NCBI GenBank assembly: GCA_002633005.1
Contig: NMRA01000063.1
Location: forward strand, 604,427-668,426
Origin: Phoronis australis
Lineage: Eukaryota; Animalia; Phoronida
Length of the DNA stretch: 64,000 nucleotides
Reading direction: 5' to 3'
Shown: positions 37,949 through 50,900 of the stretch, in pieces
How the letters are laid out: each line of letters begins with the position of its first letter
How positions within the stretch are numbered: position 1 is the first letter of the stretch
The notes under the pieces: generated by a model
Database searches by the model: none
Seen by the model: the letters and a program-made list of their open reading frames with translations, nothing else
Told to the model about the DNA's origin: nothing
Made by a program: the position numbers and the translations under genes

Positions 37949-39773
37949 CCGTAATCGTTCGGGTTAACGCCCATGCTCAGTTAACCGCCCACCCCTACTT
38001 TAGGTGGATTTTCGATTTAACCGCCCACTGCTCAGTTAAGCGCCCCCCTACGATTTTTGAAGATTTCCAGTTAAGCGCCCACCTCTCGGTTAAGCGCCCA
38101 TCCCGTACTTTTAAAGAATGAAGATTTAGCGCCCAGTGCTAAGGAAACGGTGATTCCCCGACTTTTACAAAAAGATCGATGATCACAATGAGCGTAACAA
38201 CGCCGGGCCTTCAAGACGGTGGTTTAGCAATGTGAATTACAATACAAGTAAGGAGTTCTTGTCTTGGGTCATGGACTCACTTCAAAATATAATACTTTAA
38301 CGTTTTTGTCACTTTATTTTCTTCCCATGTTTACAAAGTTTAAGAACGGCGCCGGCGTCAAAACCTCCGCTTTCAGCGACTTTGTCTGCCGCACTGAGTT
38401 TCGGTCTGCAGTGCACTAGATAAAATATATATTCGAAAAAATCAGGCCAGACAAATGTGACAATGGTTTTGCCAACCCTCCAAATTCTCTTAAGGTGGGA
38501 AGCTCTCGTATTTTGAAGAAATCTCACAACTCACGGAAAGATTTCAAATTCTCATTTTGATGAATGTAACTGCCGGGTTGTAGAGGACGNNNNNNNNNNN
38601 NNNNNNNNNNNNNNNNNNNNNNNNNNNNNNNNNNNNNNNNNNNNNNNNNNNNNNNNNNNNNNNNNNNNNNNNNNNNNNNNNNNNNNNNNNNNNNNNNNNN
38701 NNNNNNNNNNNNNNNNNNNNNNNNNNNNNNNNNNNNNNNNNNNNNNNNNNNNNNNNNNNNNNNNNNNNNNNNNNNNNNNNNNNNNNNNNNNNNNNNNNNN
38801 NNNNNNNNNNNNNNNNNNNNNNNNNNNNNNNNNNNNNNNNNNNNNNNNNNNNNNNNNNNNNNNNNNNNNNNNNNNNNNNNNNNNNNNNNNNNNNNNNNNN
38901 NNNNNNNNNNNNNNNNNNNNNNNNNNNNNNNNNNNNNNNNNNNNNNNNNNNNNNNNNNNNNNNNNNNNNNNNNNNNNNNNNNNNNNNNNNNNNNNNNNNN
39001 NNNNNNNNNNNNNNNNNNNNNNNNNNNNNNNNNNNNNNNNNNNNNNNNNNNNNNNNNNNNNNNNNNNNNNNNNNNNNNNNNNNNNNNNNNNNNNNNNNNN
39101 NNNNNNNNNNNNNNNNNNNNNNNNNNNNNNNNNNNNNNNNNNNNNNNNNNNNNNNNNNNNNNNNNNNNNNNNNNNNNNNNNNNNNNNNNNNNNNNNNNNN
39201 NNNNNNNNNNNNNNNNNNNNNNNNNNNNNNNNNNNNNNNNNNNNNNNNNNNNNNNNNNNNNNNNNNNNNNNNNNNNNNAAATTTGATGTCTGCTGTGACC
39301 TCTGCAACACGTGAAGCTTGCACGCGCGCACTTTAACAAGGTCACATCTTAAAATAGTTGCAATCCAAGTAGAGGCTGCGTGGCCACTGGTCGTCTGCGC
39401 TCTAGAGGGCAAAGTAACAAGACCGCAGGACGCCACGGGGCTATTACTCAGTAATTCTGTAAATTTAACAGTGAATAACTAATCTGAGGGCAAGAGAATC
39501 TTTGTTGGGATCATCCGCTGTTATGACATTTTTCTCTTTATGCGGCGACGTGACGATAACGCTCTTTGAAAAGTACTACGCGTTCCGAGTACGAGGTAAG
39601 ATTAACCGCCAAGGGCGGTTGCCTGTCGTAATAAGCGCCCATGTTCAGTTAACCGCCCATCCTAGATTTCTTGAAATTTCACGTTTAAGCGCCCATGTCT
39701 GGTTAACCGCCCACCCCCGATTTTTTGAGTTTGCCAATTTAACCGCCCAGGGCGTTAACCCGAACGATTACGG
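37949..39773. mobile_element. Tc1/mariner-like non-autonomous element nested in Academ TIR (spans N gap)
   Basis: TA|CCGTAATCGTTCGGGTTAACGCCC...GGGCGTTAACCCGAACGATTACGG|TA, a perfect 24-bp TIR. Confidence 0.9.
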
Positions 39774-42585
39774 TAGGTTCAAATATCATAAGAGTTTAAC
39801 TGTAATGCATGGTACCGCAGATATAAGCACAAGTAGATTTTTGAATAATGGCGTCCTTAATTTGCATTAGTTATGCAAATTTGCATTAATTACGCAAATT
39901 TATCATGCAACAACGTGCAAACCGATTTCAATAAACTAATTGACCAAAAGAATCTAGGTGCAAAAATCATGATAGTTCATCTGTAGTGCCTGGTACAGTA
40001 GCTATAAGCACAAGAATTTTGAATAATGGCAGCCTTAATCTGCATAAATTATGCAAATTGACAATGCATTCACCAAAAAACTTCCACTATTAAATTTCTT
40101 GACCATGGAAACATGGGTAAAAACATCGAAATTATCTGGCTGCAGTGCTTAGTAAGGAAATTATATGCAAAAATAGAATTTTGCATAATGGCAACCTTAA
40201 TTTGTATGTTTAAAAAAATGCTCAAGGGTTGTGAACGGTTAGCCCCCTAAATCATGGTTTCTTAACCCTATGCTACATGAAACAGCAAAGAAAAAACTTT
40301 ATCCGGCAAAACCAGGTTCAAAACCCTGGCTCCCGGACTATAAAGTGAAAATTAAGGAAGAATTTAAAAATATGTATTGTACACAATGTATATAAGATGG
40401 GCATGAGCTGTCTCACAGCATCTCTTGTGGTGCTTTTTTATTGCCCATTTTACCAGCGATTATCATTTTTATTTTACTTATCTGTATTCACTATATTTAC
40501 TTGTAAGTGTATTAGTCATAATAAATGACCTTATATCACCTACCTCGGTCTCCTTTTCATCTCTGGTAACGAGCTTGCGGCACACGTATCATTTTTATCT
40601 ATTATTCGGGACATATGCCGATCATACATAATGTATTTACAAAAGTCACATCATAAATGTACATACTAATTAGGTAGAAAGCCAGCCAACTGTATGAAGA
40701 CTATTTCAGCTAGGAAGCTGTGTTGAGCTCCGTTAGACACCGAAATTTCACAAAACCAGAGTATCTCAGCTCGTCACCTCATCATGGAACTTATATCAGT
40801 GAAAACAAGCAATCTAATAAACGTCATTTTTGCATAATTCTCCGCCTTTTGTAACAAAGAAAAGTATGATTGTTGTTTTGAAAACAGTGCGCTTGTGACA
40901 CGCGCATGCGCCATTTCCAAACATTTTGTGATATCTATCGGGAGATGATGACAGCTTTGCAGCAGCAAAACTTGTTCTGAAAATCGGGTTTGCTGGTAAC
41001 TTGTAATGAAATGAAATCAGTTCCAATTGTTATGACATGTATGCAACTTCGTGGAAGAGAACAGTTGATTGAATCTTGGCCAATAGGTGACGCAATGGCG
41101 CCAAAAGCCGACCCAAAAGAGCACACCCCAATTTAGCAGCAAAATAATGGTAGAACGAGAATTTTTTCAACATCGGTAAATAATTAACTTACTCAAGGAA
41201 AAGTTTAGTTTTTAATGACATCATTAATTTTGGCGGCGACAGGCCCGAAGAAGTATATACCCGACGCCAACTGGAGGGAGTGAAATTAAGTCAACATACT
41301 GACGTCACCCAACCAGTTCAGCCGATGGGCAGACGTCACCAAGGCCAGTACGAAACTGGCCACCCTCCCTCGCGTCTGCAAAAAAACAGCCCACGAGAAA
41401 AAATAGAACACTTCGAATCTAAATAGAGGGCCGGTGCACTACCTGGGACCAAGGCGGTGCCGAAATGGGCGCAACAAAGGTTTGTAGTGGAGCAGGGGAG
41501 ACGGAGTTTGCACGAACGATGCATTTTACATATTAGATTATTCGAATCATTGTTATTGTACAACTTTTGCCCTGTACAGTTCTTTTGAAGGGGAACCTGG
41601 CTTCGTGGCCCCCAATGGATAAGTTAGATTTGCAATTTTGCAGTGTTTTTACCAAAATATTCACCTGCACACTATTTCTTGGGTTCACTAAGTCTTTTCA
41701 TGACTGGAAGCTTAATTTTTAACTTTGGCAGCCGACTAACCCAGCTCGTTTATATTTGTGATGTCTCCAGTCCGGCCACCAATGACGGGCCTGATCGGGT
41801 TCAGAGCCACTGGGTTACAAGCGTTTTGTGTGTTCAGAACTGAAAAAATGTAAATCTAAAATTACAACACACGGCTATGCTCTCCTGTCTGTTTTTCACG
41901 GAAGAATAATTCTAATTTATCACTGAACAGATCCAAACTTCCCACGACTGACCTCAGGAAGTTGGCCAACCGAACTTTGTAGGCTACGGTATATTCAAAA
42001 TTTCTATAAATCCGAAAGAGCGAAATAAAACAACTCATTTGTTTAAAAACTCAATGTATCTTTAAGGATTTTGCATGGAATTTTGATGACTTATCGGTGT
42101 CAAGCGATAAGCTGACACAAGTGTTGTGAACTGCTGAACAATTAAACTGTGTTAGAACCTATGACGTCATTGGTTAACGTGCACCCCCGTCTGCTGCCTG
42201 GTGTCAGGGAAAAGAACTGAACTTGCTGTTATCGAGTGGAACTACTAAATTGATACAAAATACCTTGTTTTTGGTGGCATTCTCCTTTAAATCAAGTTAT
42301 CCGAAATGAACTCCTTTCACTGTGTGGTGTTGACAAAACAAACTCTCCAGTTAAGAACACTTAAGGGTCACATCCTTAGAACATCAAAGATGACACTGCA
42401 AAGGGCTTGAACAAACTGTTTATTTTCAAATGTCAACTGAACTCTTACAGAAACAGCAATGGCACCATATAACAGGAATATTTGCTACATTCTTTACATT
42501 GAAAAATTCACTGAAAGACTGTAGAGTTCCTACCACACCATACCGCCTGTCTTTGGATCAGTTGTTAGCATGCTCAATAGTCAAT

Positions 42586-44265
42586 TTTTATGTGCCCACA
42601 TATTTACATGTGGGTGCATATTGCCGTCCTCTCTGTCTGGGCGTCCGGCGTTCGCGGCTGTATCTCCTAAGCCCCTTGCAGGATCTTATTGAAATTTGGC
42701 AAGTGTGTTTCTATGGGGTTGACGACAGAGGGCGACGAGTTTCGAACCGACCCAAATACCGCTGTGCCCCCTAGCGGCAATTTTAATTTTTTACATTTGC
42801 CTCTGTATCTTCCAAGGTCCTCAACCTATTTTCATGAAATTTGGCACATGGGCATCTATTAATGAGTTGACACTCTTCTTTTGTTTTCAGATGGATTCGA
42901 GGTATTTTGTGCCACCTAGTGGCCATTTTTTCTGTTTTCGAGTATGTTTTTTGCATCCGTCCCTCCATCTACCAAACCGCTCAAAGAATGATTGCAAAAA
43001 TTGTCATGTATGTTCTTACTATGAAATGGACGGCTGATGATGATTTTACGACTTTAACTACTGTGGCGCCTCCTAGTGGCAGTTTTTTTTTTGCACCCAT
43101 GGCTGTATCTCCTAAGCTGTTTGCAGGATCTTTACTAAATTTAGTAAGTATGTTTATACAATGTTAATAACGGAGGACGACGACTTTCGGACAGATCAGA
43201 GTACTGGTGTGCCACCTAGTGGCAATTTTGTGTTTGTTTACGTTTACCTCTGTATCTTCAAAAGTCTTCAACGTATTTTCATAAAATTTGGCATACAGGC
43301 ACTTGCTAATGAAGTGATGCTATCTCTTCATTTTCAAATGGATTCAACCTAGTTTGCACCACCTAGTGGCCATTCGTACTGTTTTCAAGTCTGTTTCTTG
43401 GCGTCCACACGTCTATCAACTAAACCGCTTTCAGAATAATTGGAAAAATTGGCATGTATGTTTTAACTATGAAGAGGACGCCTGACGATGATTTTCCGAC
43501 TTCAACTGCTGTGGCGCCTCCTGTTGGCATTTTTTTTGCGCTCATGACTGTATTTCCTATATCGTTTTCAGGATCTTTACTTAATTTGGCAAGTGTATTT
43601 ATATGATGCTGATAACGGACAACGACGACTTTCAGACGAATCTGACCACTGGTGTGCCCTCTAGTGGCAATTTTAGTTTTTTTACGTTTACCTCAGTCTG
43701 TAACTTCAAAGGTCCACAATGTATTTTCATAAAATTTTGAATATAGCCATCTATTGAAGAGATGACGCTATCCTCTTGTATTTGGATGGAATCAAGGTAT
43801 TTTGCGCCACCTAGTGGCCACTTTTGCTGTTTTAAAACCCTGGTTTTGGCGTCCACCCTTCTATCAACCAAATCATTCTAGGGATGGTTTTGAAAATTGA
43901 TGTAAATGTTCTCAGTGTGAAGAGGACGTTTGATGATGGCGACTAAATACTGTGGAGCCTCCTTGTGGTAGTTTTGTTTTGTTTTGCGCCGTAGCTGTAT
44001 GAAGATAACAACAGACAACAACTTTCAGGCAGATCCAATGAATTTTGTGCCCACTAGTGGCAATTTCATTTTATTCTGTTTTCCATTGTTTCTCGGAAGT
44101 TCCTTGACAGACTTTTTTGAAATATGGCATGTTCCTGTTTTTTGGATGGATTGTACTTTTTTCCGCCATATGGTGGCCATTTTTATGATACAAATAAATA
44201 ACCCTAAAAGCACACCATTTGCGATGCATTCATGGGCGCATTTCAACGCTCCGCGTTGCTCTTGT
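42586..44265 (-). mobile_element. HINE-like element, inverted sister of 6730-8160, with 11 motif-bearing internal repeats
   Basis: Terminal hairpin 'atgtgcccacatatttacatgtgggtgcat'. The other end 'ctccgcgttgctcttgt' is the reverse complement of the 6730 start. Internal ~150-bp units form a ~446-bp higher-order period. Confidence 0.75.
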
Positions 44266-44782
44266 TTATATGTTATTTTCTAGTACATCGTCACTGTCCC
44301 AATGTGACAACCACTGGCTGCCTAGTGAAGTTGACGTTCTAGTTTCCATCTGGGGAGAGGGAGATTTCCTTGCCACTTTTGATGACCACCTTGTGATAAT
44401 TTTGCTGAACTAACTCCAGATCTGATGGGAACACTGACATTTAACTTCGCTTTGGTAGTTAGCCTAATTAACTGTATGGGAAAGGAGAACATCAGTCATA
44501 ACAAAGGTTTTCAAAATAAAGATGTTATTAAAAACCATTCTGTAAATTTGTGAAGTTTGAAAAGGACACTTTTATCTTGTTGAATTCCAAAAATGAACCC
44601 AGGAATGATAGGAAAAGGCAACTCTTTCTCAAGGAATTTTGTTGGAAAAGACACCTTTTCATAGCAGGTCTGGTATGTACTTCTTTGTGAGAATAGCCCC
44701 CTATTGTTTTATCCACAAGAACAATGAAATGAGGATTTTTCCAGTTTTGATATTTGATTGTTTCTCTTTAAGAACGACTTAC

Positions 44783-44872
44783 ATTCTGTATACCTGGTTC
44801 CTTGAGTTGCACCAAGTCCCTCTCCAGAATTGACAACTTGCGCTGTTCTGCATGAAGTAGTCGTGACATAAC
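44783..44872 (-). CDS. Candidate 90-nt exon of minus-strand transcript
   Basis: gattgcag|GTT ... AAT|gtaagt. Phase-0 frame VMSRLLHAEQRKLSILERDLVQLKEPGIQN is coiled-coil-like; all three frames are open. Confidence 0.65.
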
Positions 44873-45521
44873 CTGCAATCACACACAACACAAACCTGAC
44901 TTAACCAGTAACCACACACAACACAAACCTGAGGACACTATTGGAACACAAACACAAACAACTTCAGCTGTGCAAGAATTGGTGCTTTTACTTTTTGCTA
45001 GTAGATGGGAAGATGTATGTCTGAGTGCGCATATGATTGGAACACAAGGCCCAAACAATCACTGCAGCTGTGAAGAAGTATTGGTTTTACCTTTTGCCTA
45101 TAGATGGGGCAACCACGTATAACATACGCTTTACTATCTGTTATTGTATTAGCAGATTTGAAGTCTACACAACAAAAAAAAAACAGTAGATACAGACTGA
45201 GTTTTACTTTTATTAACTTGAAATGTTTAATATTGTTATCGCCATTGATGGTAAAACTTTTTTAATTTAGAACGCAACATGGCAGAAAAGTGAAATTTTG
45301 TTTTGTTAACTTTGTGAACAATACAAAAGAAAATATGACTCCATTATTAAAATAATCTGTAATGAGTGCTGTCCTCAAATAAAAAAGGAAAAGCAAGTCA
45401 TTAAGAAATACAAAATTAGCTATTTCAGCAATTCTTTGAGCTTACAACTTAGTTGTAAAAAAGACTAATTCAGATACATTATATTTCGAAATTCTTGCCC
45501 TGATTACGATTTTAGATGCAC

Positions 45522-46000
45522 GCAGTACCTTGGATGTATCATGAATGATCAAAGGAGAAATCATATCAGCTCCGCTATAAATGCAGTACCTTCAATGCAG
45601 GGGCAGATCCAGGCTTTTGAGTTAGGGGGGGGCAGCCAGAGTATTAGCCAGGAGTTTTCCTGTCATACATTCTCACCCCTCGAACTGCCAAATGGAATCT
45701 GGGAGAATTCTACGGGGGTGGGGGGCATGGGCCCCTTGGCACCACTCTAAATCCGCCACTGCGATGTATCATGAGTGATCAAAGAAGAAATCATATTTAT
45801 CAGCTCTGTTATAGATGCAGTACCTTCCATGTATCCTGAGTGATCAAAGGAGAAATCATATTTATCAGCTCTGTTATAGATGCAGTACCTTGGATGTATC
45901 ATGAATGATCAAAGAAGAAATCATATTTATCAGCTCTGTTATAGATGCAGTACCTTGGATGTATCATGAATGATCAAAGGAGAAATCATATCAGCTCTGT
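45522..46000. repeat. ~65-bp minisatellite interrupted by a small GC-rich MITE (45598-45762)
   Basis: Unit gcagtaccttggatgtatcatgaatgatcaaaggagaaatcatatttatcagctctgttatagat. MITE ends caggggcagatcc / taaatccgccactg. Confidence 0.85.
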
Positions 46001-46927
46001 CACACCAAAATTGGATTAAGTACAAAGTCCAAGGGAGAGGATACAAATGGGTACATCCAATCTGACATTATAAGTAAACTTTGTATCACTATCAGGCACT
46101 GAAGACGTTATCAAATTCAAATGTTGAACTGGTAACCGAACCTGAGAAGGACAACTCAGATCACCAAGTTTGTCATACAAACTTGAGAATGACATCTCAG
46201 CTCTCTAGAGTTTAATTGCCATACAAGCTGAATACCTCTCTGAATATCCCAAACAAAAAAATTGATTGTAATAAAACAGAATGATAATATAGAAATGCCA
46301 TTTTGAAATCCTACAGACACAAGAGACTACACTGTTACATGCCAAGATAATCTTTTATCATCTCAGCAGTAAGCCAGTCCACAGTCAAAAGTCGTGGCCT
46401 AACAATCAATGAGTGAAATGTCAAATGCCCTGAAAGCTGAATTTTCTTACTTGTACCCATGGTAATTTATCTCATAAATGACACATATACTGGTAATATA
46501 CAGTAAATAGCACATGAATGGACACTTGACACAATAATCACGGATCAGATTTGATCTCTGAAACAAATACAGCTATAATTTTCTCACAGGAACCAAAAAT
46601 GAACAAATAACAGTAGATGGATAAGACAGCAAAATACAACACAAAACTATGAGTAGATCTGGAGTACATGTGTATGAAGTAAACACAAGTATAAATGTGT
46701 GTGTTTAGGCCGGACCCTAGATCAATAATCACCTGTGTGTGGCTTTACAGTAATATTACATTGGCACATAGGTGAGCTGAAGTCAGACACTATAGAAATG
46801 ACGACTACATGTCACAGGGTTATTTTGTGATGCAAAGCCACTTGGGTAAAATTGCTGTTTTATGTGTCCATCGTTCAGACCCTTGCTACGTCAAACTCTT
46901 CATTGCAGGGTCAACCAAGATAAATGG

Positions 46928-49364
46928 AACACGAGCAGCATTGGGGCGTTGACATGCACCCACGGTGCATCGCATAAAATATGTTTCTAAGAGCCACTAG
47001 GAGGTGCTGTAGTTATAGTCAAATCAGCCTGACATCAAAGGTGCCAGCCGCCAAATTTCATTGAAATCCATTAACCTGTTCTCTAGGTAGCATCCAGAAA
47101 CACTCTCTAGTAGGCTTGCGCGCTACACTTTTAAGGGTTTTAGACAAAAAGGCTAAAGCATCTGAAAATTTTTAGCCATTTTTAAAAATTATTAGTCAAA
47201 CACTTTCTCTTGTCCTAGCCCATGCAATTGATAGTGCTGTTACACAGACCCAACTTATTGTTTTTCATGTTATGCACATGTCCTTTTCATATAAGATGTT
47301 TACCTTGAGAAAAAACAAATGATCAAAATTCCAATGTCATTAGCAACCTAATAAGTTGGAGGGGATGTTAGCCAACATGGGTTTCATTATGACCTAACAA
47401 GTTTGGCCAGAGGTTCCCCCTATACCCGAGTTACTACATGGGTATTCTGACCACATGGGCATTTAAATGATGTCGACCTTAAAAACTTGGGCAGGGGTTC
47501 CCCTTTATCCCCGGGTTACGGCGGGGTTAAGCCGGCCACGCGGGCATTTTGATGAGCAAGATATTTGCGTTCAAAAACGTTAAACATAACTTGTGGCAAG
47601 CAAAATAAAGCTAAATCGTGCAAAGTAGGTAATATAAAACTCATTAAGTAACGAACTGACATTTACTTTATACCTTGCTTTCTTTCGGCCGCCGCCAAAA
47701 TTCAAACACGTCCCAGTCTCTCAATAACTTCTTACATTCGTGACATCTAGCGAGCTGACTAACGACAATTAGCGAGCTGACTAGGCATGACAAATATGTG
47801 ACGTATTTTGATTTAAAAGTAGATAACACATTCGTTCTTTCTGCCGTCGTCCGCACCATATACTCCTTGAAACGAAAACCAGTCAATGTCAAGTCTCAAA
47901 CAATATTTGACACAACAAATTATGTGCCGAAAATTGGGTAAAGTTAGTAATGAATTGGGCGAGATTCATGTAATTTGATAATAATAATTTTATACTTTGA
48001 GTTCAAATTGCATGTTTAAGACAGTTCAACTCAGTCCGGCTTAATTTATCCCCCAGGAAATTAATGTCGTCGAAGTGGCTCACACCACGTCGCCAGTGTA
48101 CAAAGTTATTGAGAGACTTGCATGGTCACGTTTGTTGGCAAAATAGGATGAGTCTTGCAGACGACAAGCAGCAGCACCTACACGAAATCTCGCTACGAAG
48201 CAAGAAATCGGCCTTACCAAGACCACTGACGCCCCTACACAGTTGAACATTTCGTTGTGATAAAAGAGTGATTTCAGGGGGAGTGACGAATATGAAATGG
48301 AACATTCGCATGCTATTTGTTAGGACTCAGAATCGAAGTAAGCATGTCATTTGTGGTGCGACTTCATTCGAGCTGACTGTGATTCGACACTCGAGTAGGA
48401 CCCAAAATTAATTTTCATAGTCAAGTTGCAAAAGCATTCGCCAAGTTGGCAAGCGGGCTTAGCTCTGCCATCGCCAGTGTTGCTAACAATTTGCCAATGA
48501 TGAGGTGGCGAGCAGCTTGCACGAGCCATTAGACTCTTCCTCAAACAACACTTGAAAAGTTGTCACAATGCTGCACTGGACAAATCTACCGTGATCTAAG
48601 GGTTCGCATTGACATCACATGTCTGTGTCAAGTTTCGTTGCCATCAGTCAATCGTTTTTTTGTAGATCCCATCCAGAATTAGCTCTTTCCCCACGGAGCA
48701 CAAAAACCCCTTGAGAACAAAAAAGCCACTAGGAGGTGCTACAGTAGTTGCAGCCATGCACAAATTTAATGGTGATGGCGCATTGACATAGCATGCCTCT
48801 GTGTCAAGTTTCATTAACATCCATTAATCAGTTCAAAAGATATGATCCAGAACACTTGTTCTAAGAAATAGCCACCAAAGATGCTGCAGTGGTCAAATCC
48901 ATCCTAAACTACGGTAGACAAAATGGTGCTTGCACAATGACATCGTATCAAGTGTGTCAGCCCGTCCTCTTGATACATATCATCCAGAAACACCATAGCT
49001 CAGAAACACTCTTCATTGAAAAAGAACACTACAAAAGACCGACTGTTGCCTATAACAAAGTCACCACTAAGAGGTGCTACAATGATCAAATCAGCTCGAA
49101 ACTTGAACGATGCCAATGCATAATAATAATAATAATAAACTTTATTTAAAGACGATAAAAATACAATAAATGTAAAACATGCTTTAGCCAAAGGCTAATA
49201 TCCAGCAAGGTCATTGACATCATATACCGGTATACCTCTACGTCAAGTTTCGTTGAAATTCTATTCATCCAATCTATTCAAACCCACTCACCCACCCAAC
49301 CACCCACCTACTCACCCTGACTCACCCACCCACTCATCTATATATATTCATATGTGCGTAAAAA
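46928..49364 (+). mobile_element. Diverged HINE-like relative carrying a ~1.4-kb internal insertion
   Basis: Start 'acacgagcagcattggggcgttgacatgcaccca' resembles the 6730 start. Repeated gccactaggaggtgct units and a (CACC)n microsatellite lie near the 3' end. Confidence 0.45.
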
Positions 49365-49455
49365 GAACTAACATTACCAACATCCCACTGATTTGTTAAC
49401 ATAACCTGCTAGAGAGTGAAACGCAACTTCTATAAAAAGTAATAAATATTCGTAC

Positions 49456-49602
49456 CTCCAACTGAACACTGAAGAGTTCCATAGTTTGGTTTTCTCCCAC
49501 CACTCTTTTGGGCTCATCAGTGAAGCCAGTCTCCTCTGCCACATTGTCGTAATCCTCCAGGTCAGCTCGCCCGTCACTCATTCTCTCAGGCTAACTTCAC
49601 TT
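49456..49602 (-). CDS. Candidate first coding exon (ATG at 49581) of minus-strand transcript
   Basis: aattttacag|AAG ... GAG|gtacga. In-frame stops precede the ATG. MSDGRADLEDYDNVAEETGFTDEPKRVVGENQTMELFSVQLE joins in phase 0 to the 44.8-kb exon. Confidence 0.65.
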
Positions 49603-50900
49603 CTGTAAAATTCAAAGATCGTAGAACTGACATAATGCTGTTCTTATTTACATTATTGAGTTATAATCTTTTCTCCAGCAGTTAAATACAATGGTCAATT
49701 TCAACAGCGAATAAACAGAAGACACAAACAGCTGATTTCATAAAGGTGGTTTAACAAAACCTGCACTAGGACTTAGCTAAAACTTAGTCAAAGTCACGTG
49801 TTCTTATTTAAAATACACGGCAATATCTCACGTAATCTCGGGACGTCTTGCTTTTTAGCGATGTCCTAGCGGTACTGAGCGGGAGGCAGGTTAAACGTTT
49901 TATGGTTTGTATCTATATATTATGTTAAGGAAACATTCGGGCAACATTTTTATGAGATGATGGGTTTTGCATGAGCAAACAAAAAATTTTTGTTGGAAAA
50001 TAATGGGTAAAATTTCTAACCAAAAATTAAATATCTCAAAATATGCAAATTTTAAAAACTTTATAACGTAATTTTCATCACATAAAAACCTTAGAGTTTT
50101 TAGAAAATTCAAGTTTTCCACACATGAAAAAATCCAGTTTTCCGAAAAACTTAAGAAGTCAGGAAAACTTAAGTTTCTTTAATTAGAAAAACTTAAGTTA
50201 TCAGAAAAACTTAAGTTTTGTTAGTGCAAAAAACTTAAGTGTTCATGAAACCCCCCCCCCCTTGGCTGCCGCAAAAAAAATAAAACAGCAAGAGCGTAGG
50301 GAAATGTTGAGTTTATTAATTAACCCTGGTAATTAAAATTATACGGATGAAACAACATTTAAATGTGTGCAGTTTTAGTGTTTGGGGGGCGGCTTAGATC
50401 CAATTTCAAGTGTCCATTTCGGAACACGGCTTATTCGTAACGGAACTATGGCTAAGTATAGGCTCTCCCGCGATATCCCAGGTGACCGGCAGTGGCGCTA
50501 TGCACTACGATTCCGTTTCCGTCGTCTGCTCCACTGTGCCATGAAGAAAATTTATTTCATTTTTTAAAGAAAATGGAACCTGAGTGACGATGAAAAAACG
50601 GAAGCTGCTGGTAAGATGTCAATTTTAATCGAAGCCTTAGTGAATCACTCAGAAACTCATAATTCTCTCTTTGTCAAACCTTAACTTAAGACGATTTCCA
50701 AAGCAATTGCTAACACAAAAAATGGATTTGGCCTTTTGGGCATTTGAAGACTATTTTAAATACAACAAATTTGTTAAGAATCGATTGCACAAAATATAAA
50801 ACGTGTAACAAGCATTACAAAAAGAAGTAGGTTTGTGCGGAAACGCTGTGGACCATAAACAACTAGGTCTCTTAGTATATGATCAGTAGTTACCGTAAGT

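Larger units (their letters stand above)
35252..40340 (+). mobile_element. Decayed Academ (AcademX-type) transposon with long repetitive TIRs
   Basis: TAA|TAGTCCGG...CCGGACTA|TAA. The TIRs contain ~160-bp repeats. Internal remnants 'HPKDVVVNISSDKIATPAVNV' (~37060-37146) and 'TVVDIK...HAL*GCNTVA' (~37425-37508) resemble the XPG-like HAxxGCDT region. Confidence 0.8.
34347..42286 (-). mobile_element. Putative Kolobok-like element (host of the second Academ), with possible THAP remnant
   Basis: Matching TIRs aggagaatgccacc / ggtggcattctcct, flanks TAAA / TTAA. Minus ORF 41336-41563 has 'PCSTTNLCCAHF...LVPGSAPALYL', resembling a THAP C-terminus. Confidence 0.45.
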
